Shown: in pieces, positions 1 through 9,873 of the stretch
Layout: each line of letters begins with the position of its first letter
Position numbering within the stretch: position 1 is the first letter of the stretch
Made by a program: the position numbers and the translations under genes
Assembly (NCBI GenBank): GCA_035568375.1
Contig: DATMOG010000046.1
Location: 1 to 63,608 of the forward strand
DNA from: Candidatus Sulfotelmatobacter sp.
Lineage (GTDB): Bacteria; Patescibacteriota; Microgenomatia; Levybacterales; UBA12049
DNA length: 63,608 nt
Direction of reading: 5' to 3'
The notes under the pieces: model-generated
Databases searched by the model: none
Told to the model about the DNA's origin: nothing
The model's input: the letters and a program-made list of their open reading frames with translations, nothing else

Positions 1-1161
1 AAAACGAAGGCCAAAAGTGCTTGAAATGAAGTGAACAATGAAGAGAAATGAAACAATACCAAGTACTCGTCCTCCATTGAGATAAATCTCCTGGTCGCAA
101 ACATACGCATAATGATTCTCTCCCTTTTTATTCTCGTTATCGATGAGATCATAATTGAGAGAACTGACCGCAATCCAATTGAGCGGTCCTGTTAATGCTT
201 GGCAGGCAAAAAATACAAAGATGCCAATTGTTGAATAAAAAATACCCAAAAAGCCAGCACCTACGATGCTACTAAGAACGCTTGCAGTGAGGATAATGAT
301 TCGATGTTTGATATTCAGATGTTTTCCCAAGGTGTAGATAATAACTGCGGTTAAGATAGCAGCAAATGCTTGTATTGTTCCCAATTTGTCTTCAGTGCCT
401 AGAATCGATAGCACAATAAGCGTTGGAAGAAATGCACTAGCGCCATTAATGAATCCAAGAATAAATTCATACAATCTGAATTTCTTCCAACTCATACTTG
501 CAGTACTTAGCAATAGTTGTGGTGCTTTTTGTAAAGAGAGATGAAATTTGTTCATGATGAAGCCGATCCATCCTATGATCAAGAGGACAATAATTGTTAG
601 CATTTGATAGCCTTGAACTGGTGTATATCGATGGATGATTATGCCGAAGATAATGAAATAGCCAATAAGTAGGGGGATGCTAATTGTCGTGATTGTTTGA
701 GAAGAAGATTCAAGACCAGAAAAATAGATACGATTATCACTTTCTGTGGTTCGAAGGGTGAGAAGATTTCGATTTGCCCAATAAAGTCCAACGGCAATGC
801 CATAGAGGAATCCAAAGATCAGTACTGCAAGCATTGTTGTTAGTGAAAGAAAGATGAGTGCAGTACATGTTAGCCCTCCAATTAATAACCCAAAAGTATA
901 AAGAGTGCCTGAAGAAAATTTTTTCATGAAGATTCCGTTAAGGTAAAAGCCAAGAGGGACTGCAGCATAGACGGCAAGATTATACAGTGCAATAAGTACG
1001 ACATCATGGGATTGTCGCCATAAAAAGGCGTTAATAAAGACGCCAAGCATAGGGCTAATCACATTGTAGAGAAAAATGGAAGAAAGCAATCGTTGTGCTT
1101 TCTTGTTAAGACGATAAAAATGGTCTACTTCTTTGGTGAAGCGAGTGACGAGAAAATTCAT
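1..1161 (-). CDS. Polytopic membrane transporter, MFS-like (partial; C-terminus lies beyond window start)
   Basis: Not in the ORF track because it is open to the window edge. My translation from the ATG at 1161-1159 (MNFLVTRFTKEVDHFYRLNKKAQRLLSSIFLYNVISPMLGVF...) runs 387 codons to position 1 with no stop. It is almost entirely hydrophobic helices. Confidence 0.55.
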   Translation of the reverse strand, partial: MNFLVTRFTKEVDHFYRLNKKAQRLLSSIFLYNVISPMLGVFINAFLWRQSHDVVLIALYNLAVYAAVPLGFYLNGIFMKKFSSGTLYTFGLLIGGLTCTALIFLSLTTMLAVLIFGFLYGIAVGLYWANRNLLTLRTTESDNRIYFSGLESSSQTITTISIPLLIGYFIIFGIIIHRYTPVQGYQMLTIIVLLIIGWIGFIMNKFHLSLQKAPQLLLSTASMSWKKFRLYEFILGFINGASAFLPTLIVLSILGTEDKLGTIQAFAAILTAVIIYTLGKHLNIKHRIIILTASVLSSIVGAGFLGIFYSTIGIFVFFACQALTGPLNWIAVSSLNYDLIDNENKKGENHYAYVCDQEIYLNGGRVLGIVSFLFIVHFISSTFGLRF

Positions 1162-1167
1162 AGAGCT

Positions 1168-1176
1168 ATTTTATCA
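1168..1176 (-). promoter_or_regulatory. Extended -10 element TGaTAAAAT, 6 nt upstream of the transporter ATG (leaderless-type)
   Basis: Minus-strand reading: TGATAAAAT-AGCTCT-ATG. Confidence 0.4.
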
Positions 1177-1249
1177 GGCCAGGTCTCTTTTGTCGTTGTG
1201 CATGATTGACTATTAGACAAAAATTTTTCACAATGAAAGAAGAGTATAT

Positions 1250-2116
1250 ATGAACATACAATTTTTCAAAAAAAATAAAGTGCAACTGTTACTTCTCTTT
1301 TTTATTGTGTTTACAACTTTTTCAGTAACAGTCATACTACAAACAAGGCAAAATGGTCGTATAGCAGCACAACAAAAATTAATTTGTCCACCAAATCCCC
1401 ATAATAAAGATGCTTTGCAGATGGTGGGGTGTTATGTTCCCACAGATACTCCAATACCAGCCAAACTTCCTAATCCAACAGTAACACCTGTTCCTACCCT
1501 TGCAAAGGTAATAACAACAGTCCCAGGCTTAAATGGAAAGGTAACAACAACAGGTCCAGCCTCAAAATGTAAAGGGACAATTGTTTCCTTTGGTGCACCA
1601 AAGAAATTATTACTATTTGGCTATGGTAGGCCTGGAACATGTTTTAAACCCAAATGGATTGTGATGCATATTACAGCAGGAAACGAAACAACAGCACTCC
1701 AAGTTTTTAACTATTTCAATAGTGGCGCTGGCGGAAGACATGTGGGGACGCAGTTTGCTATTGGCAAGCAAGGTGATGTGATACAAATGACGCAATCCTT
1801 TACTGATAAATTTGAAAAAGCTTACGGTGTTCTTAATTTCAATGAAGGCTCAATTAGTATCGAATTAACACAATTATCTGTTTATAACAGTAAGGCAAGT
1901 GTCCCTCCAAAACAATATGCTGCGGCTGTTACGTTGGTAAAAGCATTGATGAAGCAATATAATATTCCAGTGGGGCCTTATGGATATACCTGGAAAGCTT
2001 CTTCTGACACTTTTTCTAATTATCCTTCAGGAGTTTATGGGCATTATCAATTTAATCCACTTACCAGAACTGACCCAGGTGCAGGATTTATGAGGGATTT
2101 TAGGAAAGATATATAA
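1250..2116 (+). CDS. N-acetylmuramoyl-L-alanine amidase (amidase_2/PGRP fold) with N-terminal membrane anchor and Pro/Thr-rich linker
   Basis: TM helix VQLLLLFFIVFTTFSVTVIL is followed by WIVMHITAGNE...HVGTQFAIGKQGDVIQM...SISIEL...GHYQF..TRTDPG. This pattern is typical of amidase_2 domains. Confidence 0.7.
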   Translation: MNIQFFKKNKVQLLLLFFIVFTTFSVTVILQTRQNGRIAAQQKLICPPNPHNKDALQMVGCYVPTDTPIPAKLPNPTVTPVPTLAKVITTVPGLNGKVTTTGPASKCKGTIVSFGAPKKLLLFGYGRPGTCFKPKWIVMHITAGNETTALQVFNYFNSGAGGRHVGTQFAIGKQGDVIQMTQSFTDKFEKAYGVLNFNEGSISIELTQLSVYNSKASVPPKQYAAAVTLVKALMKQYNIPVGPYGYTWKASSDTFSNYPSGVYGHYQFNPLTRTDPGAGFMRDFRKDI

Positions 2117-2141
2117 CGCATAAATTTGTTAGAATACTAGT

Positions 2142-2705
2142 ATGATGATGAATACCTTACTCGCAAAAATACAACTTTATAAAAGACAAATACGCATCGT
2201 AGTGTTCCTTTTGTTATTTATTGTTATTATTCTGTTTGCTATAAAATTATTGTATTCTTCAAAAAATAGTCACCACAATACACAAACGAGGGTTCCTGTC
2301 TCTGTGCAAAAAATAGCATTTCATCGGGATAGTAAACTTGATCAAGGGATACCTCCAGGTTCACTCCCCTCTTTAGAACAATTATCAACTCGAGAAATGC
2401 AGTTCCCTGAAGCAAAAGCCCAAACATTTGTCGGACAAAGTGCTACAGAGCATGGTACGTTTGTTGTTACTTCTACTCTCTCTGGAGTAACGATACTCAT
2501 TGATACACCAAACGGAGCTGAAGCAAGTGCTGCTAGTTTTGTTCCAACAAATACAGTACCGGTTAAAATGAGTCAGATGCCAGCAGGTTATTATATTATT
2601 GATGCGAGAAAAGATGGCTTTGATCAATCTGGATTTATCGTTCGTATTGAGCCAGATAAAATAACAAGATTGAATATTGCCTTACGGCCTCTTCCTTCAC
2701 AGTAA
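2142..2705 (+). CDS. Membrane-anchored PEGA-like domain protein
   Basis: N-terminal TM (IRIVVFLLLFIVIILFAIKLL). The C-terminal segment MPAGYYIIDARKDGFDQSGFIVRIEPDKITRLNIAL resembles PEGA domains. Confidence 0.5.
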   Translation: MMMNTLLAKIQLYKRQIRIVVFLLLFIVIILFAIKLLYSSKNSHHNTQTRVPVSVQKIAFHRDSKLDQGIPPGSLPSLEQLSTREMQFPEAKAQTFVGQSATEHGTFVVTSTLSGVTILIDTPNGAEASAASFVPTNTVPVKMSQMPAGYYIIDARKDGFDQSGFIVRIEPDKITRLNIALRPLPSQ

Positions 2706-3377
2706 TGTATTCTCTATCGCAAAACGTGGATTGACGTTGGTAGTTTTTAGCATGATAAGGAGTTTTTGAAAAGACCTGAGCAGATAGATATTGTCTGTTT
2801 GGATTGCAAGGTGTGAATCATTGTAGCTCGCAAGGAGTTGTTCTCGCATAATGAGCATAACATTTTCAAGCCATATGATTGCTTTGTCTTTATCCTTTGC
2901 CAATTGTTCAGCATATTTCAATCTCTCCCCTATTGATAGGTTTGGGAGTGTTGTAATAAAGTGAGTAATCTCTTCCCTTGTTTTTTCAGAAATTTCTTTT
3001 TGCTTTTCTTCCAATTGGATAATTTGACATCGGGAAAGAATGGTAGGCAATAAGGCTTCTGTCGTCTCCGTACATAAGAAGATATACGTATTTGCCGGTG
3101 GTTCTTCCAAGACTTTCAAAAGTGCATTTTGTGCCTCAGGAGTGAGCAAATGGGCATCTTCAATATGAACAATTTTACTGGTATTTCCAATCGGCTTGAG
3201 GAAAATATTTTTTTGAAGGGATTTAATCGTTTCAATACCAATACTCAGAGCAGATTTAGTGGTATCTCTTTCAAGTAGCGTAATATCAAATGTATTTACT
3301 TTATGGTTATTTGCGTATTCTTTGACGTACGCTTCTCTCTTTTTTTTCTCTTTAGCGACAATGATAAAACAGACCAT
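2697..3377 (-). CDS. holB: DNA polymerase III subunit delta-prime (short form)
   Basis: Clamp-loader motifs KIVHIEDAHLLTPEAQNALLKVLEEPPANTYIFLCT and LPTILSRCQII (SRC motif). Confidence 0.75.
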   Translation of the reverse strand: MVCFIIVAKEKKKREAYVKEYANNHKVNTFDITLLERDTTKSALSIGIETIKSLQKNIFLKPIGNTSKIVHIEDAHLLTPEAQNALLKVLEEPPANTYIFLCTETTEALLPTILSRCQIIQLEEKQKEISEKTREEITHFITTLPNLSIGERLKYAEQLAKDKDKAIIWLENVMLIMREQLLASYNDSHLAIQTDNIYLLRSFQKLLIMLKTTNVNPRFAIENTLL

Positions 3378-3553
3378 AAGGCCAGACTATTATACATAAT
3401 TTTTTGCTTGACAACAGATATAGTCTTTTTATTATGGCAATTGGTGGAGAAGAACAACCTGAACCTAGAGTAGATAGATCTTAACATAATGAGCAAGACG
3501 ATGGTCGTAAAAAAATTGATGGAATACTATCTCGGCCAGGAGTAACAGAAGCT

Positions 3554-4003
3554 TTGAAAGGATTTGTAGATACATTTAAGCAACAACCAGGGAACGATTA
3601 TATATTAGGAATTCGGGAAGATGGTTTAGTCCTTGCTGTTAGAAGAGAATGTACAAACGATCCTTATAGCGATGGATTTTTTGAAGCATGGGTTTTAGAT
3701 GCTAATCGTCCTCCCGGAGAAATTGTAGAGAATGAAATTCGAGCAACTTTTTCTCGCATGAATATTGAAGTATCTAGAGATGGAGGAACTGCGCAATTTC
3801 CAAGTTTTCTTAGTGAAAATCCAGTTTTAGCACAAGCGTTTAGCTTATCTCCTACTGAAAGAAGAATTATTGAGAATCCCAAAAAAGATTCAAAAGTTGC
3901 AGTTTTAAAAGCGACAGGAGGATTTTTTGTACCAAGCAAGATAAAACATCCCCAAGGGTTGCCACATGCAGGTGGGCAAACTCTTTATCCTTTACCTTTT
4001 TAA
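3554..4003 (+). CDS. Hypothetical protein (orphan)
   Basis: 149-codon ORF with a TTG start. The frame is open from 3485 but has no ATG. No recognisable motif. Possible TTGACA-N16-TATTAT promoter at 3408-3435. Confidence 0.4.
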   Translation: MKGFVDTFKQQPGNDYILGIREDGLVLAVRRECTNDPYSDGFFEAWVLDANRPPGEIVENEIRATFSRMNIEVSRDGGTAQFPSFLSENPVLAQAFSLSPTERRIIENPKKDSKVAVLKATGGFFVPSKIKHPQGLPHAGGQTLYPLPF

Positions 4004-4204
4004 CAATGCTGAGTAAAAGGTATCGCAATCAGTCCCTTTTCGTGTACTGTGTTACCTTTTTTATACGAGTCTGCATAGTAAACACGTTGCTACAGAGTTA
4101 TGAATTCATCTTGCTGAAGCATATATCTATAGGAAATAGTCTGAGTATATATCTAAAAGAATGCTTTTTGTTTTCAGAGAGCATTTTCTCCAGTTGACCC
4201 GTTT

Positions 4205-4233
4205 TTGACATTATGATGCTAATCATGTATAGA
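4205..4233 (+). promoter_or_regulatory. Sigma70-type promoter TTGACA-N17-TATAGA for the 4262 CDS
   Basis: TTGACA at 4205-4210, 17-nt spacer, TATAGA at 4228-4233. An AAAGGAAA Shine-Dalgarno-like element lies 5 nt before the ATG at 4262. Confidence 0.45.
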
Positions 4234-4261
4234 GAGAAAATGTTTTTAAAAGGAAAATTGT

Positions 4262-5365
4262 ATGGGTGCTGAGCGACTAAAATCTACTGTTGTTGCAAGC
4301 TCTTCTGGTGAAGGTACTCTTACTCGGAAAGACTATGAAAAGAGGCAGCTTTTTTATCAAAGACTAGTGAGAAGAAGAAATGAACTATATCAATTACCAG
4401 ATGCTTTTCGTCCGCACTTCTATTACACCGATGTACTGCTGTCGCATTTTGATGAGCTGAAAATAGATTGGAAGAAAGAAAACCCTACACAAGGTTTACT
4501 CAGTGCTATCAATTATGCAATATTGAAGAAAAAGCCGGAAGAATTTGTTGAGATATTTGGATTAGCAGATCCTAAAAGATTGGATGAAATTATTACTGAA
4601 GTTATACAAGACCCAATGATGCAACAAATTATTTATGATAATGCAGGAAGAGAGCCGGTAACAGCTATTCCTGACAGAGGAATTCCTCTTCAATATATAT
4701 TTCGTCATGCTTTTGGAGAAAAACCTTTCAGATTGGTAGATTTAGGAGGAGGCTATGGTCTCGCTGGGCCTCTTCTCAATTCACGAAGATATACAAAACC
4801 TGACTTTCCCGGGAAAGAACGAATTAGTCATTATGCAAAGGATGTTAATATTACATTTGGACTGTGCGTCGACATACGAGAACGGGAACAAGATATTGAT
4901 TGGATACAAGCAACATATCGACCACTCGCTGTAAATTTGCCACTAGTGCAAGATTTTTATGCGTTACTCGAAGAGGTTTCATTAGAGACAGGTAAATTCC
5001 CATTTCTCGTTGCTGATGTACGAAAACCTGATACACGTAAACGCATTCAAGAAAAACTACGTATGGACAATAACAATGACAAAGCGAACGCTGTTTTAAC
5101 CAGTTTTATGAGACAACAACTGGACAAAGATCCTTCAAGCCAGGACAAATTTATCCAAGAGACTATTATGCCGTTATTAGAAGAAGGAGGTATTTGGATT
5201 GATATTGGTGAGGAGCTTTTAGAAAGTAATAAAGGGCAAGCAACTTCAGCAGTAAAAGTATATGAAAAGAGAGATGGCAAGCTTGTCCTAAAGGGCATAC
5301 CATTTGTTTTGCAAGAACAAAGAAATATTCAAACAGTCAATTTAGCTTATTTTGGTTTTTCTTAA
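4262..5365 (+). CDS. Hypothetical protein with class I SAM-methyltransferase-like (Rossmann) motif order
   Basis: FRLVDLGGGYGLAG (motif I-like), then CVDI, FLVADV, and LLEEGGIWIDIG (motif order of class I MTases). The N-terminal 140 aa are unassigned. Confidence 0.45.
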   Translation: MGAERLKSTVVASSSGEGTLTRKDYEKRQLFYQRLVRRRNELYQLPDAFRPHFYYTDVLLSHFDELKIDWKKENPTQGLLSAINYAILKKKPEEFVEIFGLADPKRLDEIITEVIQDPMMQQIIYDNAGREPVTAIPDRGIPLQYIFRHAFGEKPFRLVDLGGGYGLAGPLLNSRRYTKPDFPGKERISHYAKDVNITFGLCVDIREREQDIDWIQATYRPLAVNLPLVQDFYALLEEVSLETGKFPFLVADVRKPDTRKRIQEKLRMDNNNDKANAVLTSFMRQQLDKDPSSQDKFIQETIMPLLEEGGIWIDIGEELLESNKGQATSAVKVYEKRDGKLVLKGIPFVLQEQRNIQTVNLAYFGFS

Positions 5366-5493
5366 ATACCAAATATAAGTGAGAATTCCCCTTTGTCCGA
5401 TAACGTATGTTATCGGAAATGCAGGAGCATACTTTACAAGTATAAAATATAAAAAGGGCTTATATATTTGATATACTCAAAGTCCACTTACCT

Positions 5494-6657
5494 ATGATCC
5501 AATACATCACCAAACAAACAGCCAGACGTTTCTTGCTACAGAAACAACTTCTTTTACCACCGCAATCAGTAACAGGATCAGCAGGCATTGAATACATCTT
5601 TAAAACATTACGACTTATTCAGTATGATCCACTAAATCCATGTGGAAGAAATGTCGATTTGGTTTTGCAGGCACGAATCAAAGGATACCACCCAAACGAT
5701 TATTACCAGTGGCTTTATACCCAACGAAAAGGAATTGAATGGTATGATAAAGAACTGTGTATCGTGCCGATTGCAGACCTCCCTTTGATGCGAGGGAAAA
5801 TGAGCCGCTATACGGGCGCGCAAAGGACAAAAATAGACACATTTTGCAGAGAATATGAGGATGAATTAGAAGCATTACTTAAAAAAATAGAAACAAGTGG
5901 GCCCATATGCTCCGGAGATATTATAGACAAAAGACGCGTTTATCTCTTTTGGTCGGAAGAGCAGTGGGGACGAGCCGCATTAGAAATACTTTGGAAAAAA
6001 GGACGATTGATTATTAGCAAACGGATCAACGGGAAAAAATATTTTGATATCCCACACCATGTATATGGTAAAACCTATCAAGAAACGGATACACGACACT
6101 TTTCTCTTGCAGAGAATCATATTTTAAGAAGAATAATGAGTGTCGGGATGCTTCCCCAATCGGGTACAGGAACTGGCTGGTTGGGTGTTGGAGCAGGAAA
6201 GGAAATAATAAAAATAATTACTGATCTGCTTGGTCAGGAAAAACTTATCGAGATTATAGTAGAAGGGGTAAAACAACATTTCGTTATTAATACAAAAGAT
6301 AAAGAGATGCTGCTTGCTGTCAAAAAGCAACAACTCATAAAAAAAAGTATGGTTTTTCTTGCACCTCTCGATAACCTTCTTTGGGACAGAAAAATACTTC
6401 AAGACATTTTTGACTTCAATTATCGCTGGGAGGTCTACACGCCTATGCAAAAAAGACATTATGGCTATTATGTTCTCCCTATTCTCTATGGAGATATGTT
6501 TATCGGAAGAATAGAACCCGTGCTTAGCAAAGAGGGCACACTGGAAATTAAGGGATTTTGGCAGGAAAAGCATGTTATATGGAATAGTGAGTTGAAACAA
6601 GCATACTCCTCAGCATTAGAAAGATTTAAACAATATTTAGGTGTACCGTCGGACTAA
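5494..6657 (+). CDS. Winged-helix YcaQ/AlkZ-like DNA glycosylase family protein
   Basis: ARRFLLQKQLL start, LIQYDPLNPCGRNVDLVLQARI, and C-terminal FNYRWEVYTPMQKRHYGYYVLPILYGDMFIGRIEP. This pattern is characteristic of the YcaQ (DUF1006) family. Confidence 0.65.
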   Translation: MIQYITKQTARRFLLQKQLLLPPQSVTGSAGIEYIFKTLRLIQYDPLNPCGRNVDLVLQARIKGYHPNDYYQWLYTQRKGIEWYDKELCIVPIADLPLMRGKMSRYTGAQRTKIDTFCREYEDELEALLKKIETSGPICSGDIIDKRRVYLFWSEEQWGRAALEILWKKGRLIISKRINGKKYFDIPHHVYGKTYQETDTRHFSLAENHILRRIMSVGMLPQSGTGTGWLGVGAGKEIIKIITDLLGQEKLIEIIVEGVKQHFVINTKDKEMLLAVKKQQLIKKSMVFLAPLDNLLWDRKILQDIFDFNYRWEVYTPMQKRHYGYYVLPILYGDMFIGRIEPVLSKEGTLEIKGFWQEKHVIWNSELKQAYSSALERFKQYLGVPSD

Positions 6658-6952
6658 CACAAATAACAGTAATTACTTTTTTTATTTTTTCCTGTCACAA
6701 TCAGATAGTGTTTATTACCTGTTCCGATATTCGATGTTTAGAGGAAATGCTTTGCGTAAAATCTGTTATCAGGTTACAAAAGTTTCCACCCACAACTCAA
6801 GATTTGCTCTTCCTGGCCGCTCGAAAAGTTATAAAGCTAATCGTCAGAACCGTTTTTACAAGTTTAATTCTTTTTCGATAGGCTGTGTTTATAGGAAATT
6901 CAAAAGTCCCCCCGTCTTTTCGCTTTAGCTTAGTGACGGGTTGCATCTTTCC

Positions 6953-6981
6953 TTGACTTGGCAGGAGTAATTTTTTACTAT
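6953..6981 (+). promoter_or_regulatory. Promoter TTGACT-N17-TACTAT, 7 nt upstream of the pilB ATG (leaderless-type)
   Basis: TTGACT 6953-6958, 17-nt spacer, TACTAT 6976-6981, TAAAGTA, then ATG at 6989. Confidence 0.5.
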
Positions 6982-6988
6982 TAAAGTA

Positions 6989-8731
6989 ATGCCCGTTTCA
7001 CCTCTTCCTTCACCAGTTGGTGCTGATCAATCTAATTCCACTTCATTGCTGGATGTTCTTCACGAGGAACAATTACTTACAGATCAACAATATGAAAGTG
7101 TCAAGATAAAAAGTGCAACCGTCGGGCAGTCTCCGATTGATGTACTCAAGTCGATGCATATCATGTCTGAGGCAAAAATTGCAGAAGCACAGGCAAAAAT
7201 TTTGGGAGTACCCTATATGGCTCTTTCAAACGTTGCCTTTTCTCCCCAGGCACTTAGTTTCCTTTCTCGGTCAGTTGTCGATCGGTTTCAGTTAATACCG
7301 TTTGCTTATGATGAAAATACAAAAACTCTATCAGTTGCAATGGCAAATCCTGTCGATCTAGATGCGCTTGCCTTTATTAGACAAAAGACAGGACTTTTAA
7401 TTAGATCATTTGCTGCTGATCCTGAAGAAGTAAAAGCTGCTATAGAACAACAATATCAGCAGGAACTTGTGGGTGAAGTTGGTGCGGCAATGAAAGAGAC
7501 AGAAGAGTTCACTGAAGAACGTACTGTTGATAGTACAAAACTTTCACAATTTATCCAAGAGGCGCCAATTGCAAAAATAGTTTCAACAATTCTTGAATAT
7601 GCGATTAACAGTAAGTCATCAGATGTACATATTGAACCACTCAATGATAAATTACGTGTGCGTTATCGAATCGATGGTATTTTGTATGATAAATTAAGTC
7701 TTCCAAAAAATGTTCGTGATTCCCTGATCTCACGTATTAAAATTTTGGCTGAATTAAAAATTGATGAGCATCGGATGCCACAAGATGGCCGTTTTACGTT
7801 TAAAATTAATAAGGAAGAAGTCGACATTCGTGTTTCCATTATTCCTACTGTGAGAGGTGAGAAAATTGCAATGCGTTTGCTTTATAAATCAGGTGGTATT
7901 CCTACCTTACAAGACTTAGGTTTGGGTGGTACATCGCTTAAAGCGCTGGAGACTGCAGTATTAAGGCCGCATGGTATTATTTTAGTTTGTGGTCCAACAG
8001 GTTCAGGAAAAACGACAACTCTTTATGCTGTCCTTTCCCGTTTGAATACGACTCGGGTAAATATCGTTTCTCTTGAAGATCCGGTAGAATATGAAATTCC
8101 AGGTATTAACCAGGTACAGATTAATCCAATAGTTGGTTTGACGTTTGCTTCTGGATTGCGTTCTTTTTTGCGACAAGACCCCAACATTATTTTGGTAGGA
8201 GAAATCCGTGACAAAGAAACAACTGATTTAGCAATTCAGGCAGCATTAACAGGTCATTTAGTATTCTCAACACTGCATACTTCTCGAGCTGCAGGAACAC
8301 TTCCTCGCTTGATTGACCTTGGTGCAGAGGGTTTTTTATTAGCATCAACAGTTAATGCTATTGTTGGACAAAGGATTGTCCGGAAAATTTGTGTCCATTG
8401 TAAAGAGAGTTATATGCCTCCGCAGCAATTATTGAGTGAAGTAAGACAAGTGCTTGGTAATTTATTTCCTGCGAAGAATAGTGATAAATTCTATCGGGGT
8501 AAAGGGTGCCAAGAATGTGGCAATCTTGGCTATATGGGAAGAATTGGTATTTATGAAGTGCTTACTGCATCAGAGAAAATCAGCAGATTAATTCTTGAGC
8601 AAGCTGATGAACAAAAACTTGAAGATGAAGCTGTTTTAGAAGGTATGATCACGATGAAGCAAGATGGCTACTTGAAAGTTTTGCAAGGAGATACTACTAT
8701 GGAAGAGGTGCTTAGAGTTGCACAAGAATAG
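6989..8731 (+). CDS. pilB: Type IV pilus assembly ATPase PilB (GspE family)
   Basis: T2SSE_N-like N-terminus, Walker A GPTGSGKTT, ILVGEIRD, TGHLVFSTLHT, and a tetracysteine CVHC...CQEC. Confidence 0.85.
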   Translation: MPVSPLPSPVGADQSNSTSLLDVLHEEQLLTDQQYESVKIKSATVGQSPIDVLKSMHIMSEAKIAEAQAKILGVPYMALSNVAFSPQALSFLSRSVVDRFQLIPFAYDENTKTLSVAMANPVDLDALAFIRQKTGLLIRSFAADPEEVKAAIEQQYQQELVGEVGAAMKETEEFTEERTVDSTKLSQFIQEAPIAKIVSTILEYAINSKSSDVHIEPLNDKLRVRYRIDGILYDKLSLPKNVRDSLISRIKILAELKIDEHRMPQDGRFTFKINKEEVDIRVSIIPTVRGEKIAMRLLYKSGGIPTLQDLGLGGTSLKALETAVLRPHGIILVCGPTGSGKTTTLYAVLSRLNTTRVNIVSLEDPVEYEIPGINQVQINPIVGLTFASGLRSFLRQDPNIILVGEIRDKETTDLAIQAALTGHLVFSTLHTSRAAGTLPRLIDLGAEGFLLASTVNAIVGQRIVRKICVHCKESYMPPQQLLSEVRQVLGNLFPAKNSDKFYRGKGCQECGNLGYMGRIGIYEVLTASEKISRLILEQADEQKLEDEAVLEGMITMKQDGYLKVLQGDTTMEEVLRVAQE

Positions 8732-8734
8732 CAT

Positions 8735-9802
8735 ATGGATATTCAAGAATTACTAGGATTAACGATTAAAAATAAAGCTTCAGATTTGCACTTAATGGTT
8801 GGGTTGCCGCCAACATTTCGTATTGATGGTGCTTTGCGTTACCTTACGACGTATCCTGCCTTGAGAACAACAGATCTGGAAACAATGATTTTCTCTCTTG
8901 TAACTCCCGAGCAGAAGGAATTATTATTGACCAATAAAGAGCTTGATTTTTCATTTGGATATAAAGGGAAATCTAGTCAGGACATTGGACGATTTCGTAT
9001 TAATGCCTATTTCGAGAAAGGATCAATTGCAGCTGCACTACGTTTTCTTGCACCTGGTGTTCGTACTATTGAAGAATTAAGTCTTCCCAAAATTTGTCAT
9101 GAGTTTGCAAAGTTAAAACAAGGATTTGTGCTCGTAACGGGTCCAACCGGACATGGTAAATCAAGTACGCTTGCAGCTATTATTAATGAAATTAACTTGA
9201 ATAAATCATGTCATATTTTAACTATTGAAGATCCGATTGAGTATGTGTATCCCAAAGGGAACAGTATTATTTCACAACGGGAGATGGGAGTTGATACGCA
9301 TTCTTGGGGATTAGCACTTCGTTCTTCCCTTCGCGAAGACCCTGACGTTGTCTTAATAGGAGAAATGCGTGATCCAGAAACAATGCAAGCTGCAATTACT
9401 CTTGCTGAAACAGGTCATTTAGTTCTTTCAACATTGCATACCAATTCTGCTTCTCAGAGTATTGATCGTATCGTTGATGCTTTTCCGGCTGACCAACGGC
9501 CACAGATCCGCATTCAATTAGCAGCAACATTGAAGGGAATTATTTCTCAACGACTGGTTAGTAAAATAGGCGGAGGGCGTATCCCTGCTGTTGAGGTGTT
9601 GCTTGGGACACCTGCTGTTGCAAGTAACATACGCGATGGTAAGTCACATCTTATCGATTCTGTTATTCAAACATCAAAAGATATTGGTATGATAACAATT
9701 GATGAGTCACTTGCTCGACTCGTTAAAGATGGACAGGTAACACTTGATGATGCAAAATCTTACGCATTACGTGAAACTGAATTAGAACGGCTAGTAGGAT
9801 AA
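8735..9802 (+). CDS. pilT: Type IV pilus retraction ATPase PilT
   Basis: ASDLHL..G.PP..RIDG, Walker A GPTGHGKSST, VLIGEMRD, TGHLVLSTLHT. Starts 4 nt after the pilB stop. Confidence 0.85.
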   Translation: MDIQELLGLTIKNKASDLHLMVGLPPTFRIDGALRYLTTYPALRTTDLETMIFSLVTPEQKELLLTNKELDFSFGYKGKSSQDIGRFRINAYFEKGSIAAALRFLAPGVRTIEELSLPKICHEFAKLKQGFVLVTGPTGHGKSSTLAAIINEINLNKSCHILTIEDPIEYVYPKGNSIISQREMGVDTHSWGLALRSSLREDPDVVLIGEMRDPETMQAAITLAETGHLVLSTLHTNSASQSIDRIVDAFPADQRPQIRIQLAATLKGIISQRLVSKIGGGRIPAVEVLLGTPAVASNIRDGKSHLIDSVIQTSKDIGMITIDESLARLVKDGQVTLDDAKSYALRETELERLVG

Positions 9803-9873
9803 ATGAGCCTTGAGCATTATGTATGTGACTTTATTACAGAGCAGTAACCAAAGACGGTAATACTATCCGTGGC

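Noticed and set aside
6641-6928. 95-aa ORF in the spacer upstream of pilB, plus the hairpin CCCCGTC...GACGGG at about 6908-6940.
   Set aside because: The translation is low-complexity (N/Y/F-rich) and overlaps the end of the preceding gene. The hairpin has an 18-nt loop and no T-tract. There is not enough evidence for a gene or a terminator.
9823-9828. Possible TGA reassignment (code 4/25). ATG-TGA precedes the conserved PilC N-terminus, and some TGA stops are quickly followed by TAA (16407-16412, 39069-39080).
   Set aside because: Very long ORFs (1284, 906, 770 aa) are intact under the standard code. TGA also serves as a stop in ATGA-coupled gene pairs (22061-22064, 48586-48589). TGA is therefore a genuine stop, and an indel explains pilC better.
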